From the NCBI GenBank assembly GCA_900234795.1, contig LT962688.1, positions 4,440,001 through 4,472,000 of the forward strand: a DNA stretch of 32,000 nt, written 5' to 3'. Within the stretch, counting starts at the first letter, position 1. Each line of letters starts with the position of its first letter. Below the pieces are notes generated by a model. That model was not told the DNA's origin. It was given only the letters and a program-made list of their open reading frames with translations, and ran no database searches. The stretch comes from Methylorubrum extorquens. GTDB taxonomy: Bacteria > Pseudomonadota > Alphaproteobacteria > Rhizobiales > Beijerinckiaceae. Shown here one piece after another: positions 17,460-26,380 of the stretch. The translations under genes and the position numbers were made by a program.

Positions 17460-19223
17460 CTATCGGGAGGCGAGCGCCTTCGGCAGGCGGAAGGCCCAGA
17501 AGCTGCCGCCCTGGTTGATGCCAGCCGTCGTCTTGGCGACTTCGCCGCCCCAGAGCGGCACCGCGCCACCCCAGCCAGCCGCGACGCCGATCCACTGCTC
17601 GCCGTCCTGCTCCCAGGTGATCGGCGAGGCGACGACGCCGGTGCCGACCTGGAACTTCCAGACTTCCTCGCCGGTCTTGGCGTCAAACGCCTTCAGGAAG
17701 CCCTCGGGCGTTCCGGTGAAGACGAGGTTGCCCGCGGTGGTGAGCACGCCGGCCCAGAGCGGGGCCTTGTTCTTGTACTCCCACACGACCTTCTTGGTCG
17801 CCGGGTCGATGGCCTTCAGCGAGCCGATATGATCCTCGAAAGTCGGCTTGATGGTGAAGCCCGCGCCGAGATAGGCGGCGCCCTTCTTGTAGTTCACCGG
17901 CTCGTTCCAGATGTCCATGCCCCACTCGTTGGAGGGGACGTAGAACAGCCGGGTGTCGGGGCTGTAGGCGATCGGGTTCCAGTTCTTGCCGCCGAGGAAG
18001 CCCGGCGTCGCGTAGACGGACTTGCCCTTCTTGCCGTCCTCGGACTTGGCCGGGTCGCCGGGGCGGTTGGCGTCGTCGTAGATCGGGCGCCCGTTCTCGT
18101 CGATGCCCTTGGCCCAGTTGATGTTGGACACGAACGGCGTGGCCGACAGGAACGCCCCGTTGGTGCGGTCGAGGACGTAGAAGAAGCCGTTGCGGTCGGC
18201 GGTGGCGCCGGCCTTCACGGTCTTGCCGTCCTTCTGCATGTCGAAGGGCACGAACTCGTTGACCCCGTCGTAGTCCCAGCCGTCATGCGGCGTGGTCTGG
18301 AAGCCCCAGACGATCTCGCCGTTGTCGGAGTTGATCGCGAGCCGCGAGGCCGACCACTTGTTGTCGCCCGGGCGGAGCGCCGAGTTCCACGGGCCCGGGT
18401 TGCCGGTGCCGAAGTAGATCAGGTTCAGCTCGGGGTCGTAGGTGCCGCCGAGCCAGGTGGCGCCGCCGCCGAACTTCCAGGTGTCGCCGGGCCAGGACTC
18501 GTTGGCCTTGCCGGTCATGGTCGAGGGCTTGCCATTCAGCTCGCCCATATGGCCCTCGATGACGGGCCGCTTCCACACCACCTCGCCGGTCTCGGCATCG
18601 CGCGCCTCGACGCGGCCGACCACACCGAACTCGCCGCCCGACACGCCGGTGATGATCTTGCCCTTCACGATCATCGGCGCAGCGGTGTAGCTGTAGCCGG
18701 ACTTGAAGTCGTCGATATCCTTGCGCCAGACGACCTTACCGGTCTTCTGGTCGAGCGCGACGAGCTTGGCGTCGAGCGTGCCGAAATAGACCTTGTCCTT
18801 GTAGAGGGCGGCGCCGCGGTTCACCACGTCGCAGCAGGGCAGAATGCCCTCGGGAAGGCGGGCGTTGTATTCCCACTTCTTCTCGCCGGTGCGCGCATCG
18901 ACGGCGTAGAGGCGCGAATAGGAGCCGGTGACGTAGAGCACGCCGTCCTTGACCAGCGCCTGGCTCTCCTGGCCGCGCTGCTTCTCGCCGCCGAAGGAGA
19001 ACGACCAAGCCGGGACGAGGCCCTTGATGTTGTCGCGGTTGAGCGTCTTGATCGGGCTGAAGCGCTGCGCCTGCGGGCCGAGGCCGTAGGTGACGACGTC
19101 GTCCGTCGTCTTGGCGTCGTTGAGGATGTCCTGCTCGGTCACCTCGGCGATCGCTGGAAGGGCGAGGCCGACGCTGAGGGCGGCGAGCCCCACCGCCGTC
19201 AGGAAATGGTTCCGCATTCTCAT
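17460..19223 (-). CDS. exaF: PQQ-dependent (type I quinoprotein) alcohol/ethanol dehydrogenase of the ExaA/PedE/PedH/ExaF clade, with lanthanide-type active-site signature
   Basis: 587 aa. GGAGGA lies 8 nt upstream of ATG 19223, and there is a signal peptide. Near-collinear recognisable blocks with quinoprotein ethanol dehydrogenases include [20 protein letters not shown], the vicinal Cys pair [10 protein letters not shown] (18831-18836), [39 protein letters not shown] and [13 protein letters not shown]. The motif GWDYDG (18264-18281) has Asp two residues after the catalytic Asp. Confidence 0.9.
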   Translation of the reverse strand: MRMRNHFLTAVGLAALSVGLALPAIAEVTEQDILNDAKTTDDVVTYGLGPQAQRFSPIKTLNRDNIKGLVPAWSFSFGGEKQRGQESQALVKDGVLYVTGSYSRLYAVDARTGEKKWEYNARLPEGILPCCDVVNRGAALYKDKVYFGTLDAKLVALDQKTGKVVWRKDIDDFKSGYSYTAAPMIVKGKIITGVSGGEFGVVGRVEARDAETGEVVWKRPVIEGHMGELNGKPSTMTGKANESWPGDTWKFGGGATWLGGTYDPELNLIYFGTGNPGPWNSALRPGDNKWSASRLAINSDNGEIVWGFQTTPHDGWDYDGVNEFVPFDMQKDGKTVKAGATADRNGFFYVLDRTNGAFLSATPFVSNINWAKGIDENGRPIYDDANRPGDPAKSEDGKKGKSVYATPGFLGGKNWNPIAYSPDTRLFYVPSNEWGMDIWNEPVNYKKGAAYLGAGFTIKPTFEDHIGSLKAIDPATKKVVWEYKNKAPLWAGVLTTAGNLVFTGTPEGFLKAFDAKTGEEVWKFQVGTGVVASPITWEQDGEQWIGVAAGWGGAVPLWGGEVAKTTAGINQGGSFWAFRLPKALASR

Positions 19224-19513
19224 GTGGCGTGTCCTCCGTGGATCATAGGGGCCCCTGTTCTTCAGGGACTGCGAGGCTTCTCTGTCCTGACCGACTCGGC
19301 CGGCTGCCTCTTGGAGACGAAGCCTAGAGCGCTTCTCAGCAAACTCTTATTGGCCTTTGGTCGAACGCTGTCCTGATCCGCTCGTAGTCTGTGCGAGCAG
19401 CGCCGTCCGCCCCGCTTTCGAGGCAGGACGAAGACGCTGGCGAACGGACAGGCCGACAGCCTTCGGGGCTTGCCGGGCGAGGCTGCCTGCGCTGGCGAAG
19501 GCCGGCGGGGAGA

Positions 19514-20383
19514 TCAGTACCCTTGCGGCGCGGTGTAGGTGACGCCGTAGGTCGCGCAGATCGCCTTGAGGCGCCCCTCCTGCGCCAGGGCGGCGAGGGC
19601 ATCGCCGACCGCGTAGGCGAGGTCGCGGGAATCGCTGCGCACCGCGCCACCGAGATCCCAGCGCGTCCGCACCAGACCGGGGATCGGCACCTCGACCACG
19701 GGATTGTCCTCGCCCGCAGCGCCGGCCGCCGCCAGCGCCGCCTCGATTCCCGCGCGGGTGCCGGCCAGGATCGGGGTCTCGCCCGCGAGGTAGGCCTTCG
19801 CCGCCTCGTCGAAGCTGCGGAAATGCCGGATCTGGCCGCGGAAGCGGCCGCCCTCGGCGTTCATCAGCAGGCTGTCGGAGGCGCTCGTGCCCTCGACCGC
19901 AACGCTGTGGCCCTCCAGGTCGCGTACGCCCTCGAACCCCTCGATCCGGCCGCGGTGATAGGCGAAGGCCAGCCGCTGCTCGAAATAGGGATTGGTCAGG
20001 AAGATCTGCTCGTTGCGGGTGGCCAGGATGCGGTCATGGGGCACGTGCAGCATCAGGTCGGCGAGCGGCGTGCCAGCGAGGTCGCCCCGCCACAGGTTCA
20101 GCCGGAAATCGCCATCGACGTTCTCGCCCGCATCCACCACCCGCAGGTCGAGCTTCAGCTTGAGCCGCTCGGCGATGGCCTGTGCGATGTCGGCGTCGAT
20201 GCCGCGGGGCGAGGCCTTCCCCGCTTCTGAGAAGGGCCGGTTGTCGTCGTAGATCGCCACGCGCAGGACGCCGGAGGCCGTCACCTCGTCGAGCGGACGC
20301 GCGAGCGCCGGCCCGCCCGCGAACGCTCCGGCGACGGTCAGGCAGGCGAGGGCGGCGAGGCCGCGGCGGGACAGGACGCGCAT
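19514..20383 (-). CDS. MoxJ/XoxJ-like periplasmic solute-binding (family 3) protein, quinoprotein-dehydrogenase-associated
   Basis: 289 aa from ATG 20383, with a signal peptide ending PALARP. It has a family-3 SBP fold pattern (LRVAIYDDNRPFS...GIDADIAQAIAERLKLKL). It sits between a c-type cytochrome and a PQQ dehydrogenase, as in mxaFJG/xoxFGJ/ped-type clusters. Confidence 0.75.
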   Translation of the reverse strand: MRVLSRRGLAALACLTVAGAFAGGPALARPLDEVTASGVLRVAIYDDNRPFSEAGKASPRGIDADIAQAIAERLKLKLDLRVVDAGENVDGDFRLNLWRGDLAGTPLADLMLHVPHDRILATRNEQIFLTNPYFEQRLAFAYHRGRIEGFEGVRDLEGHSVAVEGTSASDSLLMNAEGGRFRGQIRHFRSFDEAAKAYLAGETPILAGTRAGIEAALAAAGAAGEDNPVVEVPIPGLVRTRWDLGGAVRSDSRDLAYAVGDALAALAQEGRLKAICATYGVTYTAPQGY

Positions 20384-20397
20384 CGGCGACAGGTGTC

Positions 20398-20820
20398 CTA
20401 CTCTTCGTGCTTGGCTTCGATGTAGGTGCGGATCGCCCACAGGGCCTCCTGCGACAGCACGCCCTCAAAAGCCGGCATCTTCATCACGCCGTTGGTGGTC
20501 GCGCCGTGGCGGACGCGCTCGACGAAGTACTCGTCGCCCTCCTTGCCGAGCGGAAGGTAGCGCAGGTCCGGCGCCAGACCGCCGGAGATCACCTGAAGGC
20601 CGTGGCAGCGGGCGCAGTTCTGGTTGAACCCGGAATCACCGATGGTGATCGCCTTCGCGTCGCCGCGATAGGGATTCTCCTCGCGCCACGTCTCGCCCAG
20701 AGGCGCGAGGCCGGCGGTATCCACGGGCTGCGGCTGCACATCGCCGTGGCCGAGGGCGGCGGAGACGGACAGGACAAGGCCGACGGCGAGGAGCCCGCCC
20801 TTGAGGGGTGCAGCCTTCAT
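20398..20820 (-). CDS. Periplasmic c-type cytochrome, probable electron acceptor of the PQQ dehydrogenase (ExaB/PedF/XoxG-like)
   Basis: 140 aa from ATG 20820. GGGAGGA is 7 nt upstream. ATG 20826 is too close to the SD. It has a signal peptide, FNQNCARCHG haem motif, APDLRY, and a candidate Met ligand in GVMKMPAF. Confidence 0.8.
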   Translation of the reverse strand: MKAAPLKGGLLAVGLVLSVSAALGHGDVQPQPVDTAGLAPLGETWREENPYRGDAKAITIGDSGFNQNCARCHGLQVISGGLAPDLRYLPLGKEGDEYFVERVRHGATTNGVMKMPAFEGVLSQEALWAIRTYIEAKHEE

Positions 20821-20981
20821 TCTCATTCCTCCCATTCTTGAGGGGAGGGTTAGCAAGCGCGCCCGGCCGAACCCATTGTGCTTTGGTAGGGGGCGGTCGG
20901 TAGCACCTTGGTCCAATACCGGGACTGCCCCGTTCGCACGTATCACTCTCCCAACAACAATCGGGAGGCGAGCAGAGCGCG

Positions 20982-22208
20982 ATGCTGGCGCGGCTCGGGA
21001 AACGGCACGGCGGCCCGCTTCGGGCAACGAAGCCGCGGCGCAGGGCGCGCGGCGTCGGGCTGCTTCTGCTCGGCCTGCTGCCCGTCGCGGCCCAGGCCGA
21101 GCCGCTGGCGATTCACTACTTGGAGCGGCGCATCGAGCGCCCGACGCCCCTCAACAACGAAGATCCGATCCCCGATGACGAGGGGCTGAAGGGCGCCGAA
21201 CTCGGGCTCAAGGATTCGAACGCCACCGGCCGGTTCGTCTCGTTGACCTTCCGCCTCGACAGCCGCGTCGTCGGGCCCGACGAGGATCTTCGCGCCGCCT
21301 TCCGTGCGCTGGGCGAGACCCCCCGCTTTGTCCTTCTGAACGTGCCGGCCGAGGACGTGCTGGCGCTCGCCGACATGCCCGAGACCAAGGGCACCGTGTT
21401 CCTCAATGTCGGCGCGCCGGATTCGCGCCTGCGCGAGGCCGATTGCCGGCCTCGACTGCTCCACGTCCTGCCCTCGCGGGCGATGCTCGCTGACGCGCTG
21501 GTGCAGTTCCTCGCCTACAAGCGCTGGACCCGCATCCTGCTGCTCTCCGGCCCGGCTCCGGCCGATGCGCTCTACGCCGAAGCGTTGAAGAAGAGCGCCA
21601 AAAAGTTCGGCGCGCGGATCGTGGCCGAATCCCGCTTCGACCCGCAGGGGGGCGACACCCGCGACACCGCTTTGCGCGAATTCGTGCTGCCCACCCGCGG
21701 CCCGGAGCACGACGTGGTCGCGGTGGCCGACGAGGCGGGGGCGTTCGGGGCGAACCTCGTCTACAACACCGCCGCGGCCCGGCCCGTGGTCGGCACGCAG
21801 GGGCTGACGCCTGCGGCCTGGGGGCGTCCGGTCGAGGCCTGGGCGGCGGTGCAGCTCCAGACCCGGTTTCGGCGGCTCGCGGGGCGGGCGATGCGCCCGA
21901 TCGACTATGCCGGCTGGATGGCCGTGCACGCGCTCGGCGAGGCGGCGGTGCAGGCGCGCAGCACCGATCCCGACACGGTGGCGGCCCTCATGCTGTCGCC
22001 ACGCTTCGAGGTCGGTGGCTTCAAGGGGCGCCCCTTGAGCTTCCGCGCCTGGGACGGGCAGTTGCGCCAGCCGGTCTTCCTGCTCTGGCCGGGCGCGGTG
22101 ACGGCGACCGCGCCGATCGAAGGCTTCCAGCACCACCGCACCGAACTCGACACGCTCGGCCCCGACGAGCCGGAGAGCGCGTGCCGGGCTTTCCGGAAAC
22201 CGGGCTGA
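20982..22208 (+). CDS. Periplasmic substrate-binding protein (Leu/Ile/Val-binding fold) of the PQQ-dependent alcohol dehydrogenase-associated ABC system type
   Basis: 408 aa with a signal peptide (LLLLGLLPVAAQA). It is transcribed divergently from the cytochrome/MoxJ/ADH genes. The family call is from remembered similarity to the PQQ-ADH-system SBP family (I believe TIGR03863) and needs HMM confirmation. Confidence 0.65.
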   Translation: MLARLGKRHGGPLRATKPRRRARGVGLLLLGLLPVAAQAEPLAIHYLERRIERPTPLNNEDPIPDDEGLKGAELGLKDSNATGRFVSLTFRLDSRVVGPDEDLRAAFRALGETPRFVLLNVPAEDVLALADMPETKGTVFLNVGAPDSRLREADCRPRLLHVLPSRAMLADALVQFLAYKRWTRILLLSGPAPADALYAEALKKSAKKFGARIVAESRFDPQGGDTRDTALREFVLPTRGPEHDVVAVADEAGAFGANLVYNTAAARPVVGTQGLTPAAWGRPVEAWAAVQLQTRFRRLAGRAMRPIDYAGWMAVHALGEAAVQARSTDPDTVAALMLSPRFEVGGFKGRPLSFRAWDGQLRQPVFLLWPGAVTATAPIEGFQHHRTELDTLGPDEPESACRAFRKPG

Positions 22209-22255
22209 TGCGCGTGCCATCCGCTGACGCCGCACACGAGAACGGAAGGTTCTGC

Positions 22256-23269
22256 ATGAGCCGCGCTTGGACCGCACGCCTCCTCCTCTGCGCCGGCCTG
22301 CTCGGCCTCGCGACGGGACCGGCGAGGGCGGAGGAAATCTTCGTCTCGAACGAGCGCGACAATACCGTCTCGGTGATCGACGGGACCTCGCTCGAGGTGG
22401 TCCGCACCTTCCCCGTCGGCCGGCGCCCGCGCGGGCTCACCTTCTCCCGCGACGGACGCACGCTCTACGTCTGCGCCAGCGATTCCGACGCGGTGCAGGT
22501 GATCGACCCCGAGACGGGGGCGCTACGCCACAACCTGCCCTCCGGCGAGGATCCGGAGCAGTTCGCGCTGGCGCCCGACGACCGCACCCTGTTCATCGCC
22601 AACGAGGAGAACGCCACCACCACGGTCGTTGACGCACAGACGCGCAAGGTGCTGGCGCAGATCGATGTCGGCATCGAGCCCGAGGGCATGGCGGTGAGCC
22701 CGGACGGCAAGACCGCCGTCACCACCTCCGAGACCACCAACATGGTCCATTGGATCGACGTGCCGACGTTGAGCGCCACTGACGCGACCCCGGTGGGCCA
22801 GCGCCCGCGCGCCGCCGCCTTCTCGGCGGACGGACGGATGCTGTGGGCGTCCTCCGAGATCGGCGGCACCGTCGCGGTGATCGACACTGCCAGCCGCAAG
22901 GTGGTCGAGACCATCGAATTCGCGGTGAAGGGCATTGCCGCCGACCGGCTCCAGCCGGTGGGCATCACCCTGACCCGGGACGGGCGCTTCGCCTTCGTCG
23001 CGCTCGGCCCCTCTGACCGCGTCGCGGTGATCGACGCCAAGACCTACAAGGTCTTGAACTACATCCTCGTCGGACGCCGGGTCTGGCAGCTTGCGATGAC
23101 GCCGGACGAGTCGCGACTGTTCACGACCAACGGCGTCTCGGGCGACGTCACCGTGATCGACGTGGCAACCCAGCGCCCGATCCGCAGCGTCAAGGTCGGC
23201 CGCTTCCCCTGGGGTGTCGCCGTGCGCCCAGCCGTCACGCCCGAGCGGGCCGCGGGCGCCGCCCCGTGA
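22256..23269 (+). CDS. YVTN-family beta-propeller repeat protein (PQQ-dependent catabolism-associated beta-propeller type)
   Basis: 337 aa. GGAAGG is 7 nt upstream of ATG 22256, and there is a signal peptide. Repeated units follow the pattern '...V.VID..t.kv...i.vG..P.G.a.spDG...yv'. Confidence 0.8.
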   Translation: MSRAWTARLLLCAGLLGLATGPARAEEIFVSNERDNTVSVIDGTSLEVVRTFPVGRRPRGLTFSRDGRTLYVCASDSDAVQVIDPETGALRHNLPSGEDPEQFALAPDDRTLFIANEENATTTVVDAQTRKVLAQIDVGIEPEGMAVSPDGKTAVTTSETTNMVHWIDVPTLSATDATPVGQRPRAAAFSADGRMLWASSEIGGTVAVIDTASRKVVETIEFAVKGIAADRLQPVGITLTRDGRFAFVALGPSDRVAVIDAKTYKVLNYILVGRRVWQLAMTPDESRLFTTNGVSGDVTVIDVATQRPIRSVKVGRFPWGVAVRPAVTPERAAGAAP

Positions 23270-25383
23270 CACGATCTGGACGCGGCGACATCGCATCGAA
23301 CGTCCTGCGGTCAGCGCTGCTCGCACTGCTTGCCCTGCTCCTGGCCGTCCCGTTGGCCAAGGCGGGCACCCTCGACCGGGCCGGGATGGAGCGCCACTTT
23401 CCCGCGCCGCTCGTCGTCGGCGAGCGCGACGCGACGCTGCCGGTCTGGCCGATCCTGAAGCAGGAGGCCGGCAGCTACGAAGTCTTCGCCTACGCCTTCG
23501 AGTCGATCGACCTCGCGCCGATCCCCGGTTTCGGCGGCACGCCCCCCGATCTCCTCGTGGCGCTCGCCCCCGACGGGACGTTCCGCGACGTGAAGGTGAT
23601 CGCCCACCACGAGCCGGTGTTTCTGGAAGGGCTCGGCTCGGAGCCGCTCTTCGCCTTCGTCGAGCAGTATGTCGGGATGTCGGCCCGTCGCCCGATCCGG
23701 GTCGGGCGTCCGAACGCCCGCGGCTCGGGTGCTGCGCCGCAGACCACGGTCGATGGCATCTCGATGGCCACCGCCTCGACGCGGGTGATCAACGAATCGA
23801 TCCTCGCCGCCTCCCTCGCGGTGGCGCGGGCAAAGCTCGGGTTCGGGGCCGCCAATCTCGGCCTGAAGGTCGAGGCGCGGCCCGATACCGGCGAAGCCCT
23901 GACGGTGGCCGAGTTGACCACGCGGGGCTGGCTCCGGCGGCTGACCGTCACCAACGCGGGGGCCGAGACCGCCTTCCGCGACGCGGGCGTGGCGGGCGCC
24001 GGTGACGGCCCGGCCGAGGCTCCGTTGGTCGACCTGACCTTCGCCGACCTCAACGTGCCGGCGATCGGCCGCGCCCTGCTCGGGGCCGAACGCTTCGCCG
24101 CCCTGACCCGCGAACTCGGGCCCGGCGACCACGCGGTGCTGGTGGTAAGCCACGGCGCCGAGAACCCGCTCGGGGACGAGTTCGTGCTCGGCTCGATCCC
24201 CGACCGGCTGACGGTGATGCAAGGTGGGCTCGCGGTGAATGCCCGCGACATGGCCATCGAGCGGCGCGGGGCCGCGCCCGGCTTGCCAGACGGGCCCTGG
24301 ACGATCCTTCGCATCACCGCAGCGGCAGGCTTCGATCCCTCCGCGCCTTGGACGCTGAGCGCGAAGATCGTGCGCGAGCGCGGCCAGATCTTTCCGGAAA
24401 AAATCGCACGCGAGTTCTCCGCCGACTACGCGCTCCCGGCCGATCTCTTCATCCGCGAGGCGGCGGAGGCGGGGCCGAGCTGGACCGATCCATGGCGCGC
24501 GCGCGGCGTCGAACTCGGCGTGATCACCCTGGCCCTTGCCGGGCTGGTGCCGGTGCTGGCGCGCCAGCGCGGCCTCGTGGCGGACCGGCGCCGCTTTCCG
24601 GCGTTCCGGCTCGCCTACCTCGCCTTCACGCTTCTCTTCATCGGCTGGTACGCCCAGGCGCAGCTCTCCATCGTGACGCTCGTCGGACTCGTGCGTGCCG
24701 CGACCGTGACGCACGACCTCACCTTCCTGCTCTACGACCCGCCCTCGCTGCTGCTCTGGGCCTTCGTCATTGCCACCCTCGTCGTCTGGGGGCGCGGCAC
24801 GTTCTGCGGCTGGCTCTGCCCGTTCGGCGCCTTGCAGGAATTTGTTGCGTGGTTGGCCAAGCCCCTGCGCATCCGGCCGGTTGCGGTATCGCCACGGCTC
24901 GATCGCGCCTTGCGGCAGGTGAAATACGTCCTGCTCGCCGGCATCCTCCTCGCCGCCGCGACCGGCTCGCCGCTCGCCGACAGCCTGTCCGAGGCCGAGC
25001 CGTTCAAGACGGCCATCACCCTGTACTTCGTGCGGGCTTGGCCGTTCGTCGCCTATGCGCTCGGCCTGCTCGTCCTCAACCTGTTCGTCTACAAGGGGTT
25101 CTGCCGCTACCTGTGTCCGCTCGGCGCGAGTCTCGCCGTCCTCGGGCGCCTGCGGCTGCTCGACTGGATTCCGCGCAGGGCCGAATGCGGCAGCCCGTGC
25201 CAGCTCTGCAAGGTGCGCTGCCGCTACGGGGCGATCCGTTCTGACGGCCGGATCGACTATCCCGAGTGCTTCCAGTGCATGGATTGCGTCACGATCATCC
25301 ACGATCCCGGTCAATGCGTACCGGAGGTGCTGGCGCGCCGACGCGGAAAGCGGATCGTGCCGCAGCCGGTCGCGGCGGAGTGA
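23266..25383 (+). CDS. NosR/NirI-family membrane protein: periplasmic FMN-binding domain + polytopic membrane domain with two CX3CP motifs + C-terminal Cys-rich ferredoxin-like domain
   Basis: 705 aa. GTG 23266 overlaps the beta-propeller stop (GTGA). It has an N-terminal signal/anchor. The FMN_bind-like motif DGISMATAST has S-M-A-T encoded at 23761-23772. Also present are FCGWLCPFGALQE, FCRYLCPLGA and CGSPCQLCKVRC...CFQCMDC. Confidence 0.8.
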   Translation: MTRSGRGDIASNVLRSALLALLALLLAVPLAKAGTLDRAGMERHFPAPLVVGERDATLPVWPILKQEAGSYEVFAYAFESIDLAPIPGFGGTPPDLLVALAPDGTFRDVKVIAHHEPVFLEGLGSEPLFAFVEQYVGMSARRPIRVGRPNARGSGAAPQTTVDGISMATASTRVINESILAASLAVARAKLGFGAANLGLKVEARPDTGEALTVAELTTRGWLRRLTVTNAGAETAFRDAGVAGAGDGPAEAPLVDLTFADLNVPAIGRALLGAERFAALTRELGPGDHAVLVVSHGAENPLGDEFVLGSIPDRLTVMQGGLAVNARDMAIERRGAAPGLPDGPWTILRITAAAGFDPSAPWTLSAKIVRERGQIFPEKIAREFSADYALPADLFIREAAEAGPSWTDPWRARGVELGVITLALAGLVPVLARQRGLVADRRRFPAFRLAYLAFTLLFIGWYAQAQLSIVTLVGLVRAATVTHDLTFLLYDPPSLLLWAFVIATLVVWGRGTFCGWLCPFGALQEFVAWLAKPLRIRPVAVSPRLDRALRQVKYVLLAGILLAAATGSPLADSLSEAEPFKTAITLYFVRAWPFVAYALGLLVLNLFVYKGFCRYLCPLGASLAVLGRLRLLDWIPRRAECGSPCQLCKVRCRYGAIRSDGRIDYPECFQCMDCVTIIHDPGQCVPEVLARRRGKRIVPQPVAAE

Positions 25384-25387
25384 GGCC

Positions 25388-26368
25388 ATGCCGGTGACCG
25401 CAGGCACCCCCCGCCGCCGCGTCCTCCTCGGCATGGCCGGGCTCGCCGCCCTGGCGGGCCTCGGCGGCCCGGCCGCTTTCCGCACGCTGGCCGCGGAGCG
25501 AGGATTGACGACCCGTACCCGCGCGGGCCTCGCCTTCGGGACCACCGTCGCGCTCACCGCCGCCGGTCCCGACCCGACCGCGCTCGACGCCGCCCTCTCC
25601 GATGGGTTTGCCGCGATGCGCGCGGTCGAAGCCGCCGCGAGCCTGTTTCGCGCCGACAGCGCCCTCTCGCGCCTCAACCGCGACGGGCGGCTCGATGCGC
25701 CACCCGCCGATCTCACGGCGATGCTGGGCTTCGCCCTCGACCTCGCGGAGCGGACCGGCGGGGCGTTCGATCCCACTGTGCAGCCGCTCTGGCCGGCCTG
25801 GGCCGGTGCGGCTGCGCGCGGAGAACAGCCGGATCCGCAGGCCCTGGAAGACGCCGTCGCCCGGATCGGCTGGCGCCGCGTTGCGCTGGCGCCGGAGCGT
25901 ATCGTCCTGGAGCCCGGCACGGCGCTGACGCTGAACGCCCTGATCCAGGGCTACGCCGCCGATCGGGTGATGGCGGCTCTGCGGGCGCGGGGCATCACGG
26001 ACGCCTTCATCGATACCGGCGAGTTCGGCGCCATGGGCGCGCATCCCGACGGCACGCCGTGGCAGCTCGGCATCGCCGACCCGCGCCGGCCGGAGGCACT
26101 GACGGCGACGATCACCCAGTTCTCGGGCTTTGCCGCGACCTCGGGGGATTACGCCATGAGCTTCACGCCCGACCGCGCCGACCATCACATCTTCGATCCC
26201 ACCACCGGACGCTCGCCGCGCGGCCTCGCTTCCGTGACCGTCACGGCCGAAACCGGCCTTCTCGCGGACGGCCTGTCCACGGCCTGCATGGTGCTCGGAC
26301 CCGAGGCGGGCGGACGGCTCGTGGCGCAGTGGCCGGGCTGCTCCGTCCGTTTCGTCGGCAAAGCCTGA
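25388..26368 (+). CDS. apbE: ApbE-family FAD:protein FMN transferase, Tat-exported
   Basis: 326 aa, starting 5 nt after the NosR-like stop. Twin-arginine signal TPRRRVLLGMAGLAALAG. ApbE blocks NALIQGYAADRV, ATSGDYAMSF, HHIFDPTTGRSP and LLADGLSTACMVLG. Confidence 0.85.
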   Translation: MPVTAGTPRRRVLLGMAGLAALAGLGGPAAFRTLAAERGLTTRTRAGLAFGTTVALTAAGPDPTALDAALSDGFAAMRAVEAAASLFRADSALSRLNRDGRLDAPPADLTAMLGFALDLAERTGGAFDPTVQPLWPAWAGAAARGEQPDPQALEDAVARIGWRRVALAPERIVLEPGTALTLNALIQGYAADRVMAALRARGITDAFIDTGEFGAMGAHPDGTPWQLGIADPRRPEALTATITQFSGFAATSGDYAMSFTPDRADHHIFDPTTGRSPRGLASVTVTAETGLLADGLSTACMVLGPEAGGRLVAQWPGCSVRFVGKA

Positions 26369-26380
26369 TCGCGAGCACCG

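Noticed and set aside
17460-19223. Initial reading as an XoxF/MxaF methanol dehydrogenase with an xoxGJ cluster
   Set aside because: Block-by-block similarity is to quinoprotein ethanol dehydrogenases (ExaA/PedE/PedH/ExaF), not to MxaF/XoxF as I recall them. The gene order (cytochrome, MoxJ-like, gap, dehydrogenase) is also not xoxFGJ. The lanthanide-type DYDG motif is retained, so it is called ExaF/PedH-like instead.
19340-19360. Possible sigma-54 -24/-12 element (GGCCAATAAGAGTTTGC on the minus strand) upstream of the dehydrogenase
   Set aside because: The GG to GC spacing is three bases too long for the TGGCAC-N5-TTGC architecture.
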